Assembly (NCBI GenBank): GCA_021469345.1
Contig: GCA_021469345.1_3049.1
Source: a phage
Strand: one strand, 5' to 3'
Length of the DNA stretch: 64,000 nt
Shown here: piece by piece, positions 30,613-39,657 of the stretch
How positions within the stretch are numbered: the stretch's first letter is position 1
Layout of the letters: each line of letters starts with the position of its first letter
Translations under genes and position numbers: made by a program
Notes under the pieces: generated by a model
Told to the model about the DNA's origin: nothing
Database searches by the model: none
Seen by the model: only the letters and a program-made list of their open reading frames with translations

Positions 30613-31017
30613 ATGAATATTAACGAATATTATGTTTATGCTGGGGATTATGCAAATCCTTCTCATTTTGAAGGTAATTTAATACCTGATAGAGTTTTTA
30701 ATACTCCTTTTGAAGCGTGGAGTTGGGTTGAAAGTAAAAATGGATTTTCTTATCGTTATGTTGAAGTAACTGATTGGAAAGGAACTAAATATCCTAAAGA
30801 GCATTATTATGTAGACCCATCTAAAGTAAATTTTCTTTTGTTCGCAGGCGATAATTACTATCCTTGCGGTGGATATGATGATTTGATTGCGTATGCTGAA
30901 ACAGAAGATGAATTACGCCAAATTATTGAAGACAATAAATCAAAACGATTTGGCGATAGTTTTGACTGGTGGCAAATCGTAAATGCCCATACACATACTA
31001 TTGTTGATAAAGGTTAA
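30613..31017 (+). CDS. Hypothetical protein with an internally duplicated AGD-Y-Y-P motif
   Basis: 134 aa; YVYAGDYANPSHFEG and LFAGDNYYPCGGYDD look like an internal repeat. Confidence 0.55.
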   Translation: MNINEYYVYAGDYANPSHFEGNLIPDRVFNTPFEAWSWVESKNGFSYRYVEVTDWKGTKYPKEHYYVDPSKVNFLLFAGDNYYPCGGYDDLIAYAETEDELRQIIEDNKSKRFGDSFDWWQIVNAHTHTIVDKG

Positions 31018-31019
31018 TA

Positions 31020-31307
31020 ATGATTCTTTATGCGAAAGTATCATCCATTGAAAATGGATATAAATATGATCAAGAAGCAGCTAAAGCCTTGATTGATGAT
31101 TATGGCATTTTAACATGTTTTGAAGTTGAAAAGGTTTACATTGATCGTTCATCTTCTCAAGTTAAATTAGTGAAGGAAGACCGTAAATTTAACACAGTTA
31201 ACTTTGATTTCTTTATTGAAACGGAAAAAGGTCCTCTTGAATATGATATTTTCAAGAATCCTTTGGGTCTTGAATGCATCGTAAATATGTATCAGCATAA
31301 ATGGTAA
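31020..31307 (+). CDS. Hypothetical protein
   Basis: 95 aa ORF tightly packed after the previous gene. Confidence 0.5.
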   Translation: MILYAKVSSIENGYKYDQEAAKALIDDYGILTCFEVEKVYIDRSSSQVKLVKEDRKFNTVNFDFFIETEKGPLEYDIFKNPLGLECIVNMYQHKW

Positions 31308-31404
31308 ATATGCTTTAAGAATTATTTGTTATTATTAACTCATACCGCACTGATTAATACCCTCTATCATCAAGGGTTCTTGTTTGAGAGCCTTTGTTAA
31401 TAAT

Positions 31405-31477
31405 TGGGAATTAGCCAAGTTGGTAAGGCATAGCACTTTGACTGCTAGATGCAAAGGTTCGAGTCCTTTATTCCCAG
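31405..31477 (+). tRNA. tRNA-Gln (anticodon UUG)
   Basis: Cloverleaf read by eye: acceptor TGGGAAT/ATTCCCA, T-arm GGTTCGAGTCC, anticodon loop CTTTGAC. Confidence 0.85.
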
Positions 31478-31478
31478 C

Positions 31479-31565
31479 GCGAGAATGGTCAAATTGGTAA
31501 AGGCACAGCACTTAAAATGCTGCGGAATAATTTCCTTGTGGGTTCGAGTCCCACTTCTCGCACCA
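31479..31565 (+). tRNA. tRNA-Leu (anticodon UAA), long variable arm, CCA encoded
   Basis: Acceptor GCGAGAA/TTCTCGC, anticodon loop CTTAAAA, T-arm GGTTCGAGTCC, 3' ACCA. Confidence 0.85.
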
Positions 31566-31570
31566 AATTT

Positions 31571-31644
<74 letters not shown>

Positions 31645-31654
31645 ATTTAATTTA

Positions 31655-31728
31655 CTCCGTGTAGCTCAGTTTGGTAGAGCGTCTGCTTTGGGAGCAGAAT
31701 GTCGTAGGTTCAAATCCTGCCACGGAGA
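31655..31728 (+). tRNA. tRNA-Pro (anticodon UGG)
   Basis: Acceptor CTCCGTG/CACGGAG, anticodon loop TTTGGGA, T-arm GGTTCAAATCC. Confidence 0.85.
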
Positions 31729-31730
31729 CT

Positions 31731-31817
31731 GGAGGCGTGGCAGAGTGGTTTAATGCACCGGTCTTGAAAACCGGCAGTCGCTCCGGCGACTCATAGGTTC
31801 AAATCCTATCGCCTCCG
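31731..31817 (+). tRNA. tRNA-Ser (anticodon UGA), long variable arm
   Basis: Acceptor GGAGGCG/CGCCTCC, anticodon loop CTTGAAA, T-arm GGTTCAAATCC. Confidence 0.85.
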
Positions 31818-31819
31818 TT

Positions 31820-31895
31820 GCTGATTTAGCTCAGTAGGTAGAGCACCTCACTTGTAATGAGGATGTCGGCGGTTCGATCCCGTCAATCAGCACCA
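31820..31895 (+). tRNA. tRNA-Thr (anticodon UGU), CCA encoded
   Basis: Acceptor GCTGATT/AATCAGC, anticodon loop CTTGTAA, T-arm GGTTCGATCC. Confidence 0.85.
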
Positions 31896-31896
31896 A

Positions 31897-31968
31897 GGCC
31901 CTGTAGCTGGAAGGTTCAAGCAAGCGACTCATAATCGCCAGATGGTGGTTCAATTCCACCCAGGGCCA
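31897..31968 (+). tRNA. tRNA-Ile (anticodon CAU, presumably lysidine-modified as in T4)
   Basis: Acceptor GGCCCTG/CAGGGCC, anticodon loop CTCATAA, T-arm GGTTCAATTCC. Confidence 0.8.
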
Positions 31969-32009
31969 TATTTTGGGAACATAAATACTCTTAGAAATAG
32001 GAGATATTT

Positions 32010-32675
32010 ATGTTCCATTACACTTATAAAATAACAAATAAAATTAATAATAAAATTTATATTGGTGTGCATTCTACCGAAAATTTAGATGATGGATATA
32101 TGGGTTCTGGTAAATTATTAAAAAGAGCTCAAGATAAGTATGGTATAGAAAATTTTTCTAAAGAAATATTAGAGTATTTTGATGATAAAGAATCTATGCT
32201 TGAAGCCGAGAAAAATATTGTCACAGAAGAGTTTTTAAATAGACCAGATGTGTATAATTTAAAACTTGGCGGTGAAGGTGGATGGGACCATATAAATATT
32301 CCTGGGATGCTAAACCAGAAGAAAGACGCTAGTTTAAAAGGAGCTAAATCGTTTAAGTCACGTTTTAAAAATGATATTTTACTTCAAGAAAAATATCGTA
32401 AACATGGTTCAAATGTATTTAAACGCTTGTGGTCAACTCCTGAATACAGGGAAAAATTTTTAAATAATAGCAGATTTTTAAATAAGCATCATACTCCTGA
32501 AACTATTAATAAAATGAAAGAATCTCACGCCAGAAATAAACATCAACAGGGCGAAAAGAATTCCCAATTTGGTATGATGTGGATTCATTCATTAGATGAA
32601 AAAGTTTCTAAACGTATTAAGAAAACTGACCCAATTCCAGAAGGATGGCTTAAAGGTCGAAAAATGAAATTTTAA
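32010..32675 (+). CDS. segB: GIY-YIG homing endonuclease SegB
   Basis: 221 aa; N-terminal YTYKITN...KIYIGVHST...YMGSG GIY-YIG module; inserted inside the tRNA cluster as in T4. Confidence 0.85.
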   Translation: MFHYTYKITNKINNKIYIGVHSTENLDDGYMGSGKLLKRAQDKYGIENFSKEILEYFDDKESMLEAEKNIVTEEFLNRPDVYNLKLGGEGGWDHINIPGMLNQKKDASLKGAKSFKSRFKNDILLQEKYRKHGSNVFKRLWSTPEYREKFLNNSRFLNKHHTPETINKMKESHARNKHQQGEKNSQFGMMWIHSLDEKVSKRIKKTDPIPEGWLKGRKMKF

Positions 32676-32678
32676 TTA

Positions 32679-32754
32679 CGGGGCATAGCTCAGAAGGAAG
32701 AGCAAGGACCTTCTAAGTCCTGGGTCGTAGGTTCGATCCCTACTGCCTCGACCA
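32679..32754 (+). tRNA. tRNA-Arg (anticodon UCU), CCA encoded
   Basis: Acceptor CGGGGCA/TGCCTCG (one G-U pair), anticodon loop CTTCTAA, T-arm GGTTCGATCCC; begins 4 nt after the segB stop. Confidence 0.85.
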
Positions 32755-32757
32755 GAC

Positions 32758-33070
32758 AAGAAGCCGGGTCGCTACCGGTAAGTCGTCGGACTGATGTTCC
32801 CTGAGTAAGGACTGGTCTTAATAAATCTTTACGATTTGTTAATACCCCCTTACATCACAACAGAAACGGCGCACCGAATTATCGATTCGAGGAAATATCT
32901 TTGCCGTAAGCCGAGTAGCGTTTTTGACGGAACGTTCGGATATGGTCGAGATATGGCCTTTTAAAAATATTGAGTAGCGTCAACTGCTTAATAACCGGGT
33001 TCGAATCCCGGCGTTTCGTACAAACACTTGCCTTAGCAGGTGGAACCCCGACAAGGTTGCCGCAAGGCTT
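32758..33070 (+). ncRNA. T4-type small stable RNA region (species 1 / species 2 RNAs), exact ends not determined
   Basis: No credible ORF; contains a tRNA-like T-arm (CCGGGTTCGAATCCCGG); lies directly after tRNA-Arg as in T4; closed by the hairpin terminator at 33071-33100. Confidence 0.45.
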
Positions 33071-33100
33071 AGCCCCAGCCGAAAGGTTGGGGCTTTTTGG
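33071..33100 (+). terminator. Rho-independent terminator after the stable RNA region (repeat copy 1)
   Basis: AGCCCCAGCCGAAAGGTTGGGGCTTTTTGG: stem AGCCCCA/TGGGGCT plus T5. Confidence 0.65.
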
Positions 33101-33108
33101 TATAAATA
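33101..33108 (+). promoter_or_regulatory. Late promoter for the internal-protein-like gene
   Basis: Exact TATAAATA 29 nt upstream of the ATG at 33137. Confidence 0.6.
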
Positions 33109-33136
33109 GATGAGTTAATTAACACAGGAAATAATA

Positions 33137-33599
33137 ATGAAAACTTATGCTCAATTTTTAATGACCGAAGCATCCGCTTCAGATGTTCGCGCTGTAGCAA
33201 CTGCTGCTATTAAAGCTGGTAAATATTCTTATAAAGATGCTTCTGACGAATCTCGGTACAAGTTCTATGACGATATGAGAGCTGAAGGCTTTGTGGGTAA
33301 CTATGTTACCACCGCCTGGAAAAGCCTGGTTGCTACTGGTGCGGCTTTCGAAAAACCTTCTGGTAAACCTGCTCCTAAGGCTGACCCTAAAGCAGCACAA
33401 GAAAAAAAATATTGCTAAAGGAATTATCTCTAGGTATGAAGCAATTCTTAAAGAACTTTTGATAATTAAGACCGAAGGCCAGAAACTTGCACGTGCTTAT
33501 AGTTTCAAAGATAATCCACATGCTCATGACCTAGAGTATGTTGAAGACCTCCAAAAAATCATCAAAGACCGCATTTGGTCTGCTAAACAAATCAAATAA
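33137..33599 (+). CDS. Internal-protein-like gene with capsid-targeting leader; reading frame split at an A8 tract (33402-33409)
   Basis: Late promoter TATAAATA at 33101, SD, leader MKTYAQFLMTE/A. Frame A stops at 33418; frame B continues from the A-run to 33599 and ends at a terminator. One fewer A would fuse them into about 150 aa. Confidence 0.6.
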
Positions 33600-33606
33600 C
33601 ATTCTT

Positions 33607-33636
33607 AGCCCTAGCCGAAAGGTTGGGGCTTTTTGG
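33607..33636 (+). terminator. Rho-independent terminator after the internal-protein-like gene (repeat copy 2)
   Basis: AGCCCTAGCCGAAAGGTTGGGGCTTTTTGG, near-identical to 33071-33100. Confidence 0.65.
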
Positions 33637-33744
33637 TATCTAGGCCTTTCCAGACCTCTCTAGGCATCATTTAGTTTATACCCTTTATAATATATTATCC
33701 TATCTTTTAATTGCCCCTCCCTGCCCCAGAATTCCCCAAAACTT

Positions 33745-33810
33745 TTTAAAAAATTTTTTCACAAAACTGTTTACATCCCTGTTCTTCTATGGTACTATAC
33801 AACTATCAAC
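33745..33810 (+). promoter_or_regulatory. Early promoter cassette
   Basis: TTTTTCACAAAACTGTTTACA plus GGTACTATACAACTATCAAC; identical blocks recur at 48418-48471 and 51070-51089. Confidence 0.6.
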
Positions 33811-33829
33811 TACTGATACAGAAAACAAC

Positions 33830-34105
33830 TTGGAGAACGAAATGGATAATTACGGCGAACTGTTCAACTTCTTTATGAAATGCGTTTCAGAAGATTTTGG
33901 TCGTACAGTGAATGATATTAAAGTTATCGGTCCTGATCATCCGATGTTTGAAACTTACGCAGTAATGGGTAATGAAGATGGTCAGTGGTATACTGTAAAG
34001 GTTGTGATTAACATGTTCACGGCAGAAGGTTATGTTAAACTGTCTTCTAAAGTTTACCATGATAACGATGAAATCGCAGAAGAATATTTCAATAATATGA
34101 AATAA
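33830..34105 (+). CDS. Hypothetical protein (e.x-like region)
   Basis: 91 aa ORF downstream of an early promoter; start may be an internal Met. Confidence 0.5.
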   Translation: MENEMDNYGELFNFFMKCVSEDFGRTVNDIKVIGPDHPMFETYAVMGNEDGQWYTVKVVINMFTAEGYVKLSSKVYHDNDEIAEEYFNNMK

Positions 34106-34140
34106 AACGTTTACATGGGCTTATGATTGAGATATTATGA
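34095..34140 (+). promoter_or_regulatory. Early promoter
   Basis: GTTTAC at 34109 with GATATTAT -10. Confidence 0.5.
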
Positions 34141-34469
34141 GCCCTATTAATGAGAAGAATGTTATGAGTCTTTATACTGAACTGAATAAAAAATCTGAAG
34201 AATCTGCTGAAACTATTTTTAAAAACGTGCAAAGGCGTATTTTAGAAAAGATGTATAACGCTGCAGCTAAAGGTGAAAAATCTTGCCGGTTTCCGATTAG
34301 GTGTTCTTCAGATTTATGCGCAAATACTATTGAATGGCTGGAAAGTGAAGGTCTTACGGTAGAGAAAAACCCGGCGACTTCTATTGACGGCGAATCATAT
34401 ATTAGTATTTCTTGGGATAAACCTCGTACGAATGAAGGGTACTACAAGTTGTTGAGTTGGAAAAATTAA
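34137..34469 (+). CDS. Hypothetical protein
   Basis: 110 aa ORF following an early promoter at 34095-34140. Confidence 0.5.
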   Translation: MSPINEKNVMSLYTELNKKSEESAETIFKNVQRRILEKMYNAAAKGEKSCRFPIRCSSDLCANTIEWLESEGLTVEKNPATSIDGESYISISWDKPRTNEGYYKLLSWKN

Positions 34470-34543
34470 AAATAATGATGTACAAACACCAAGGACGGTG
34501 TTATTATAGACTTATCAAAACAAATACAGAAACGGAGAAATAA

Positions 34544-34708
34544 ATGACTACTTTAATTATTTGGTTCGACGAAAATGAAGAAACATACTGCGTGAACATT
34601 GGCGAAAGCCCAATGCCAGAATTTGAATCTTCAGATAAAAACTCGGTTGTATCTTGGGCTGAAGGTTATAAAGCAGCAAAAGGTGATGTTGAAATAGTTT
34701 ACATCTAA
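34544..34708 (+). CDS. Small hypothetical protein
   Basis: 54 aa ORF with SD GGAGAAA, below the ORF-track length cutoff. Confidence 0.35.
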   Translation: MTTLIIWFDENEETYCVNIGESPMPEFESSDKNSVVSWAEGYKAAKGDVEIVYI

Positions 34709-34752
34709 GTATGAAGGCGTTACTATAGACTTATCATCACAAGGAAAACATT

Positions 34753-35088
34753 ATGAAACGTAACTTTAGTAAAGCTTTTTGTAATAGAAATGATTATCCT
34801 GAAGAGCTTTTTGAATCTAAGGAATTTAAAGAGTTTAACGAACGTTCTCAAAACATGCCTGTACAGTGGGTATTGGATTATGCTAACCGTATCTTTGAAG
34901 GCGTACGTTTCGTTGGCCCCGATGATGAAGCTCCTTATTTTAAAAAGGCTTGGGAACTCGCCAATCAAGCATATATCAATGCTTTAGAATCTTCTAAAGG
35001 TACTGACGATGATTTTATTTTATTGGCTATCAATGATGCTGTTGTCGAGGCCATCGACGCCTTTATCGACGAGCTAGACGAAGAATAA
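34753..35088 (+). CDS. Hypothetical acidic protein
   Basis: 111 aa, acidic C-terminus; SD AAGGAAAA upstream. Confidence 0.5.
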   Translation: MKRNFSKAFCNRNDYPEELFESKEFKEFNERSQNMPVQWVLDYANRIFEGVRFVGPDDEAPYFKKAWELANQAYINALESSKGTDDDFILLAINDAVVEAIDAFIDELDEE

Positions 35089-35120
35089 GTTTACAATCTA
35101 TTAAAAACGTGATATTATCT
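35080..35120 (+). promoter_or_regulatory. Early promoter
   Basis: GTTTAC at 35089 with GATATTAT -10. Confidence 0.5.
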
Positions 35121-35145
35121 AATTGTATCAACCTAAGGAAATACT

Positions 35146-35739
35146 ATGAACACACTGAAGAAAATTGTTGAGTTTATTCGCACTAAACTTGGTTCTGCTA
35201 TGGCTAAAAATCTATCTGTTGAAGAACAGTATACTGCTGCAGCAGCAAAACTACTTGATAAAATTAAAGATCTAAAAACTGCTTCTATTAAATCTATTAA
35301 TGAAGAAAAGCGTATTCGTGAACTTATTGTCGAAAAGAATAAGCAGGCCGAATCAAAAGAGCGTGAAATTCGCAAGCTTCTTTCCGAAGGTCAAGATGTA
35401 ACAATGCATGCTAAACTCGGTTTACTATATCGTCGAACAGCTGAGCAGTTGACTACTAAAGCTGACGGTTATGCTGAAATGCGAATTGAAATTGCCAAGA
35501 AAGTAGTTGAGTTAGATGATGCTCGTCAAGAACTTGCAGTTAAATTGGAATATATCCGTGAAACTCGCGCCGCGAATGCCCTTGGAATTAGTACTGCCGA
35601 TGATGTAGTTGAAATCGCAGCGCTGACTAAGGTTGATATTGAAGATACCCTTGCTCGAGTTGAAACCTTTAACGGTAATATTTCCGGGGTTGAAACTACC
35701 TCTGCCGATGTTCAGGAATATATTAATTCTCTGAAATAA
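35146..35739 (+). CDS. Coiled-coil protein, possibly PspA/IM30-like
   Basis: 197 aa, helical heptad-like sequence rich in K/E/A; followed by a GC hairpin at 35747-35761; preceded by an early promoter. Confidence 0.5.
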   Translation: MNTLKKIVEFIRTKLGSAMAKNLSVEEQYTAAAAKLLDKIKDLKTASIKSINEEKRIRELIVEKNKQAESKEREIRKLLSEGQDVTMHAKLGLLYRRTAEQLTTKADGYAEMRIEIAKKVVELDDARQELAVKLEYIRETRAANALGISTADDVVEIAALTKVDIEDTLARVETFNGNISGVETTSADVQEYINSLK

Positions 35740-35744
35740 TGATA

Positions 35745-35765
35745 AGGGGCTTCGGGCCCCTATTA
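35745..35765 (+). terminator. GC hairpin, possible weak terminator
   Basis: GGGGCTTCGGGCCCC stem-loop after the 35146 ORF; weak U-tract. Confidence 0.4.
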
Positions 35766-35781
35766 CTTGGAGTAAGTAGGA

Positions 35782-36390
35782 ATGAAAATGCAAAGTGATT
35801 TCAATTCAATGTTTGAAGAGTTCCAAAGACAGGTTGATGTTCCAGACCAATTATTACATGCTCTTAAACGCATGGCAGAAGGACGTAATTATTATTGGGG
35901 TTCTTCATATGAAACTGATGAAAGTCTTTCTGGAAGATTTTATAGAGGTAAAAAGTCTTTAATACGTCCTGGAATACTTATTAACAGTATTGAATCAATT
36001 CATTCATTGACGTGTGATTTTGATGTTGAATTTACTGATTTCATTTCTCCTGAATGGACAGTTTGTTATTTAAACGACGATTTTGATTATCTCGGTGTTT
36101 ATAGTTTAAGTGACGCATGGTTTAAACGTAACTTACAAAAGTCAAATTTATTTTATATTGATACTACGGTAAAATTTCAGGGAAAGAAATATTTCTTTAC
36201 TCTTATAGTTGATTCTGAAACGAAGCATGAAAATAAACGTATTCTTAGTAAAAGGAATATCTTGAATATTGTTGATGATCTTTTTGATAAATTCGTGGAA
36301 AATCCTAGTTTTGAAAGCGATTTATTACTAGAAAAATTTGTTAAGGAATGTAGAGAATATGTCAAAGCCATCAATGCATCTTCCAAGTAA
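35782..36390 (+). CDS. Hypothetical protein
   Basis: 202 aa ORF, no recognised motifs. Confidence 0.5.
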   Translation: MKMQSDFNSMFEEFQRQVDVPDQLLHALKRMAEGRNYYWGSSYETDESLSGRFYRGKKSLIRPGILINSIESIHSLTCDFDVEFTDFISPEWTVCYLNDDFDYLGVYSLSDAWFKRNLQKSNLFYIDTTVKFQGKKYFFTLIVDSETKHENKRILSKRNILNIVDDLFDKFVENPSFESDLLLEKFVKECREYVKAINASSK

Positions 36391-36751
36391 ACCCTTAAAG
36401 TATGAATCAAAGCACCAGATAATTTCTACTGATGTATTAATAGGTCCTGTAATAGCTGTATCATTTGTAATTCTACTGGGGGTTGGAATAGTTATAGATG
36501 TTATGACTGATATTGAATCTAATATAATATTTGCGTCAACATTAATTCTTCCAATGATAGTTCCATTTTTATTAGTACCTGTAAATTGGGTAGGATACTG
36601 GTATCAAGGAAGGCATTATCGTAAACGCGTACGTGATTGGAAAGCTCAGTGTAAAAAGATTAAAAAGGAACACCAGCTTAAACTTGCTGCGTATGAATTT
36701 GATGAAATTATGAAATTTGTTAAGGAATCACGATGCAAAAGCCAAAACTAA
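36359..36751 (+). CDS. Membrane protein, paralog of the next gene
   Basis: Two hydrophobic segments then a basic C-tail ending MKFVKESRCKS; start taken at the internal Met (MSKPSMH), uncertain. Confidence 0.5.
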   Translation: MSKPSMHLPSKPLKYESKHQIISTDVLIGPVIAVSFVILLGVGIVIDVMTDIESNIIFASTLILPMIVPFLLVPVNWVGYWYQGRHYRKRVRDWKAQCKKIKKEHQLKLAAYEFDEIMKFVKESRCKSQN

Positions 36752-37095
36752 ATAAAGTCAAATATTCGCTTCCTGAGTCATTTTTAATTTTTGCTGTGGC
36801 GTTGGCTGCAGCTCTTGCGGGTAGTCTTTTTGGATTATTAATTGACTGTCTTATTTTAAACATCGACGGCACAGTAAATATAACAGAAGTTTGGAGTGAA
36901 CTTCACTATACTAAAATTATTTCATTATTTTCATTCTTTGGTACCATGTTATATTTTCATTATGATAATTTTAAAATAAATTGGCAAAGAAAAAAGGATT
37001 ACAAAATACAATTAAAAGAATATAATAGCTACATGTCTTATATTGAAAATGAATCAATGAAAGAGTTTGTGAGTGATTGCAGGAAATTAAAATGA
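36733..37095 (+). CDS. Membrane protein, paralog of the previous gene
   Basis: 120 aa; hydrophobic segments and a similar C-tail (MKEFVSDCRKLK). Confidence 0.5.
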   Translation: MQKPKLNKVKYSLPESFLIFAVALAAALAGSLFGLLIDCLILNIDGTVNITEVWSELHYTKIISLFSFFGTMLYFHYDNFKINWQRKKDYKIQLKEYNSYMSYIENESMKEFVSDCRKLK

Positions 37096-37532
37096 AAACA
37101 TTATCAGCTGGTATTATCTTCATGACAGAAGATAAAGATTTATTTATGGGTCGGGTCACTGGTTCTCGTAAGCCTGGAATGATGGCGCATCGCTGGGATA
37201 TTCCAAAAGGGCGTGTAGAAAGTTCTGATTTGAATGCACTGGAAGCTGCAAAAAGAGAATGCTTAGAAGAGACCGGTTTTAGCAATTATAATCCAGACCT
37301 TCTAGAAGACCTAGGTGTATTTAAATATTCTAGTAATAAAGACTTACAGTTATTTTATTATACGATTCCAGTAGAGCATGAGATGTTTAGAAATTGCCAT
37401 TGCGAGTCTTATTTTGAAAATAAAGATGGCGTTATGATTCCAGAGATGGATGCTTTTGCTCTTATTCCTCGTACTCAGTGGCAATATGTGATTGGCCCTT
37501 CACTTTACCGAATAATGAACAGCCTCTTTTAA
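37077..37532 (+). CDS. nudE: Nudix hydrolase NudE (e.1)
   Basis: Nudix box GRVESSDLNALEAAKRECLEETGF; immediately upstream of e as in T4. Confidence 0.8.
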   Translation: MQEIKMKTLSAGIIFMTEDKDLFMGRVTGSRKPGMMAHRWDIPKGRVESSDLNALEAAKRECLEETGFSNYNPDLLEDLGVFKYSSNKDLQLFYYTIPVEHEMFRNCHCESYFENKDGVMIPEMDAFALIPRTQWQYVIGPSLYRIMNSLF

Positions 37533-38100
<568 letters not shown>

Positions 38101-38158
38101 TACAGTTACTTGAAGAGACAAATTATTAATTAAAATATTTTACATTTAAAGGAAACAT

Positions 38159-38632
38159 ATGAAAACATATCAAGAATTTATTACTGAAGCAGCTATTAAT
38201 TCTCAAATTATTGCTGAATCTTTTACTGATCTTTTGAAATTTAAAAAAGGCCAAAAAATCACTGCTGTATTGGATGATGGTACAGAAGTTGAGATGGATG
38301 TACAAGGATATAATTATGCAGTAGATGGAAAACTGTATAATAAATCTCATGCTAAATTTGATTCATTTGACGACTTTGTTAATACAGTTGAAGATGAAAA
38401 AACTCGTCGATCCATTGCAACTGGTGATGCTAAGGTTCTTATGGCACATGGTCATGAACGCATTCGCGCTAAACAGAATAAAATGGGTGAAGATAATTTT
38501 GCATTAGTTGGTTATCAATCTGGTAAACAAACCTATGGTTATCAGCGTACTGCTACCATGTATAATAAAAATGGTAAAATTGCCTTTGTGAATAGTAAGG
38601 GTTCTATTCAGTACGTTAAATCGTTCAAATAA
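38159..38632 (+). CDS. Internal protein (IPII/IPIII-like) with capsid-targeting leader
   Basis: 157 aa; leader MKTYQEFITE/A with gp21-type L/I-x-E cleavage context; adjacent to e as ipIII/ipII are in T4, but the length differs from both. Confidence 0.7.
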   Translation: MKTYQEFITEAAINSQIIAESFTDLLKFKKGQKITAVLDDGTEVEMDVQGYNYAVDGKLYNKSHAKFDSFDDFVNTVEDEKTRRSIATGDAKVLMAHGHERIRAKQNKMGEDNFALVGYQSGKQTYGYQRTATMYNKNGKIAFVNSKGSIQYVKSFK

Positions 38633-38737
38633 GCAAATAAGAAATATGGGAACAACCTGGACCTCATGATTCTGTGAGGGATTCCCGCCAACCTGTAATA
38701 AGGTCGAGCCCAAGTGCGGTAATGGGTAAATACAGAA

Positions 38738-39325
38738 ATGGACAATTCATGCGCCACGGAATGGCCCAAACTTAGAGAGAATAAAATGAGAACATTTTTA
38801 ACTGGTCCTTATCTATCCCTGATGAATGCTTTTACACACCATTCTGATGCTAGAGTAGAAGAAATTTGTAAAAACGATTATATCCCACCATTTGAAGATT
38901 TACTTAAAGAGTATTGTACACTTCGTATAGATGGTGGACGTCAATCTGGTAAATCAATTGCTGTGACTAATTTTGCTGCTAATTGGTTGTATGATGGCGG
39001 AACAGTTATTGTTCTTTCTAATACTTCAGCTTACGCTAAAATTTCTGCAAATAACATTAAAAAGGAATTTTCGCGTTATTCTAATGATGATATACGTTTT
39101 CGTTTATTTACTGATTCTGTGCGTAGTTTTATTGGTAATAAAGGAAGCAAGTTCAGAGGTTTATCGCTTTCGCGAATTTTGTATATAATTGACGAGCCTG
39201 TCAAATCTCCTGATATGGATAAGATTTATAGTGTCCATATTGACACTGTACACTACTGCTGTAATAGTAAATGTTGCATTGGTGGTATTACTCGTCCACA
39301 GTTTTTCGTAATCGGAATGCAATGA
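38738..39325 (+). CDS. Hypothetical P-loop protein
   Basis: Walker A-like GGRQSGKS and Walker B-like LYIIDEP; start may be the internal MRTFL. Confidence 0.5.
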   Translation: MDNSCATEWPKLRENKMRTFLTGPYLSLMNAFTHHSDARVEEICKNDYIPPFEDLLKEYCTLRIDGGRQSGKSIAVTNFAANWLYDGGTVIVLSNTSAYAKISANNIKKEFSRYSNDDIRFRLFTDSVRSFIGNKGSKFRGLSLSRILYIIDEPVKSPDMDKIYSVHIDTVHYCCNSKCCIGGITRPQFFVIGMQ

Positions 39326-39422
39326 TGACAGACACTCAGCTTTTCGAATATCTTTATTTTTCGCCAAAAACTATTAAAAATAAATTGGTGAATCATTTTG
39401 AAATTTTGGCAAAAATAACATT

Positions 39423-39650
39423 TTGAGCGAATTTTATCCTAAGCAATACAAATTACAAAAAGGCGTATTCAAAGGATGCAGAGTTTTGTGCACGGCTCCT
39501 AATGCACGGCTAATGAATAAAATTCCATATTTTACCATGGAATTTATTGATGGGCCTTTTAAAGGACTAATCACCCAAAGTTTAATGGCATATGATTCTG
39601 AGCCATTTTTAATTAAAGAACAATCTTGGATAAATTTATTTTCTAATTGA
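39423..39650 (+). CDS. Hypothetical protein
   Basis: 75 aa ORF; low information. Confidence 0.4.
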   Translation: MSEFYPKQYKLQKGVFKGCRVLCTAPNARLMNKIPYFTMEFIDGPFKGLITQSLMAYDSEPFLIKEQSWINLFSN

Positions 39651-39657
39651 GGTTTAT

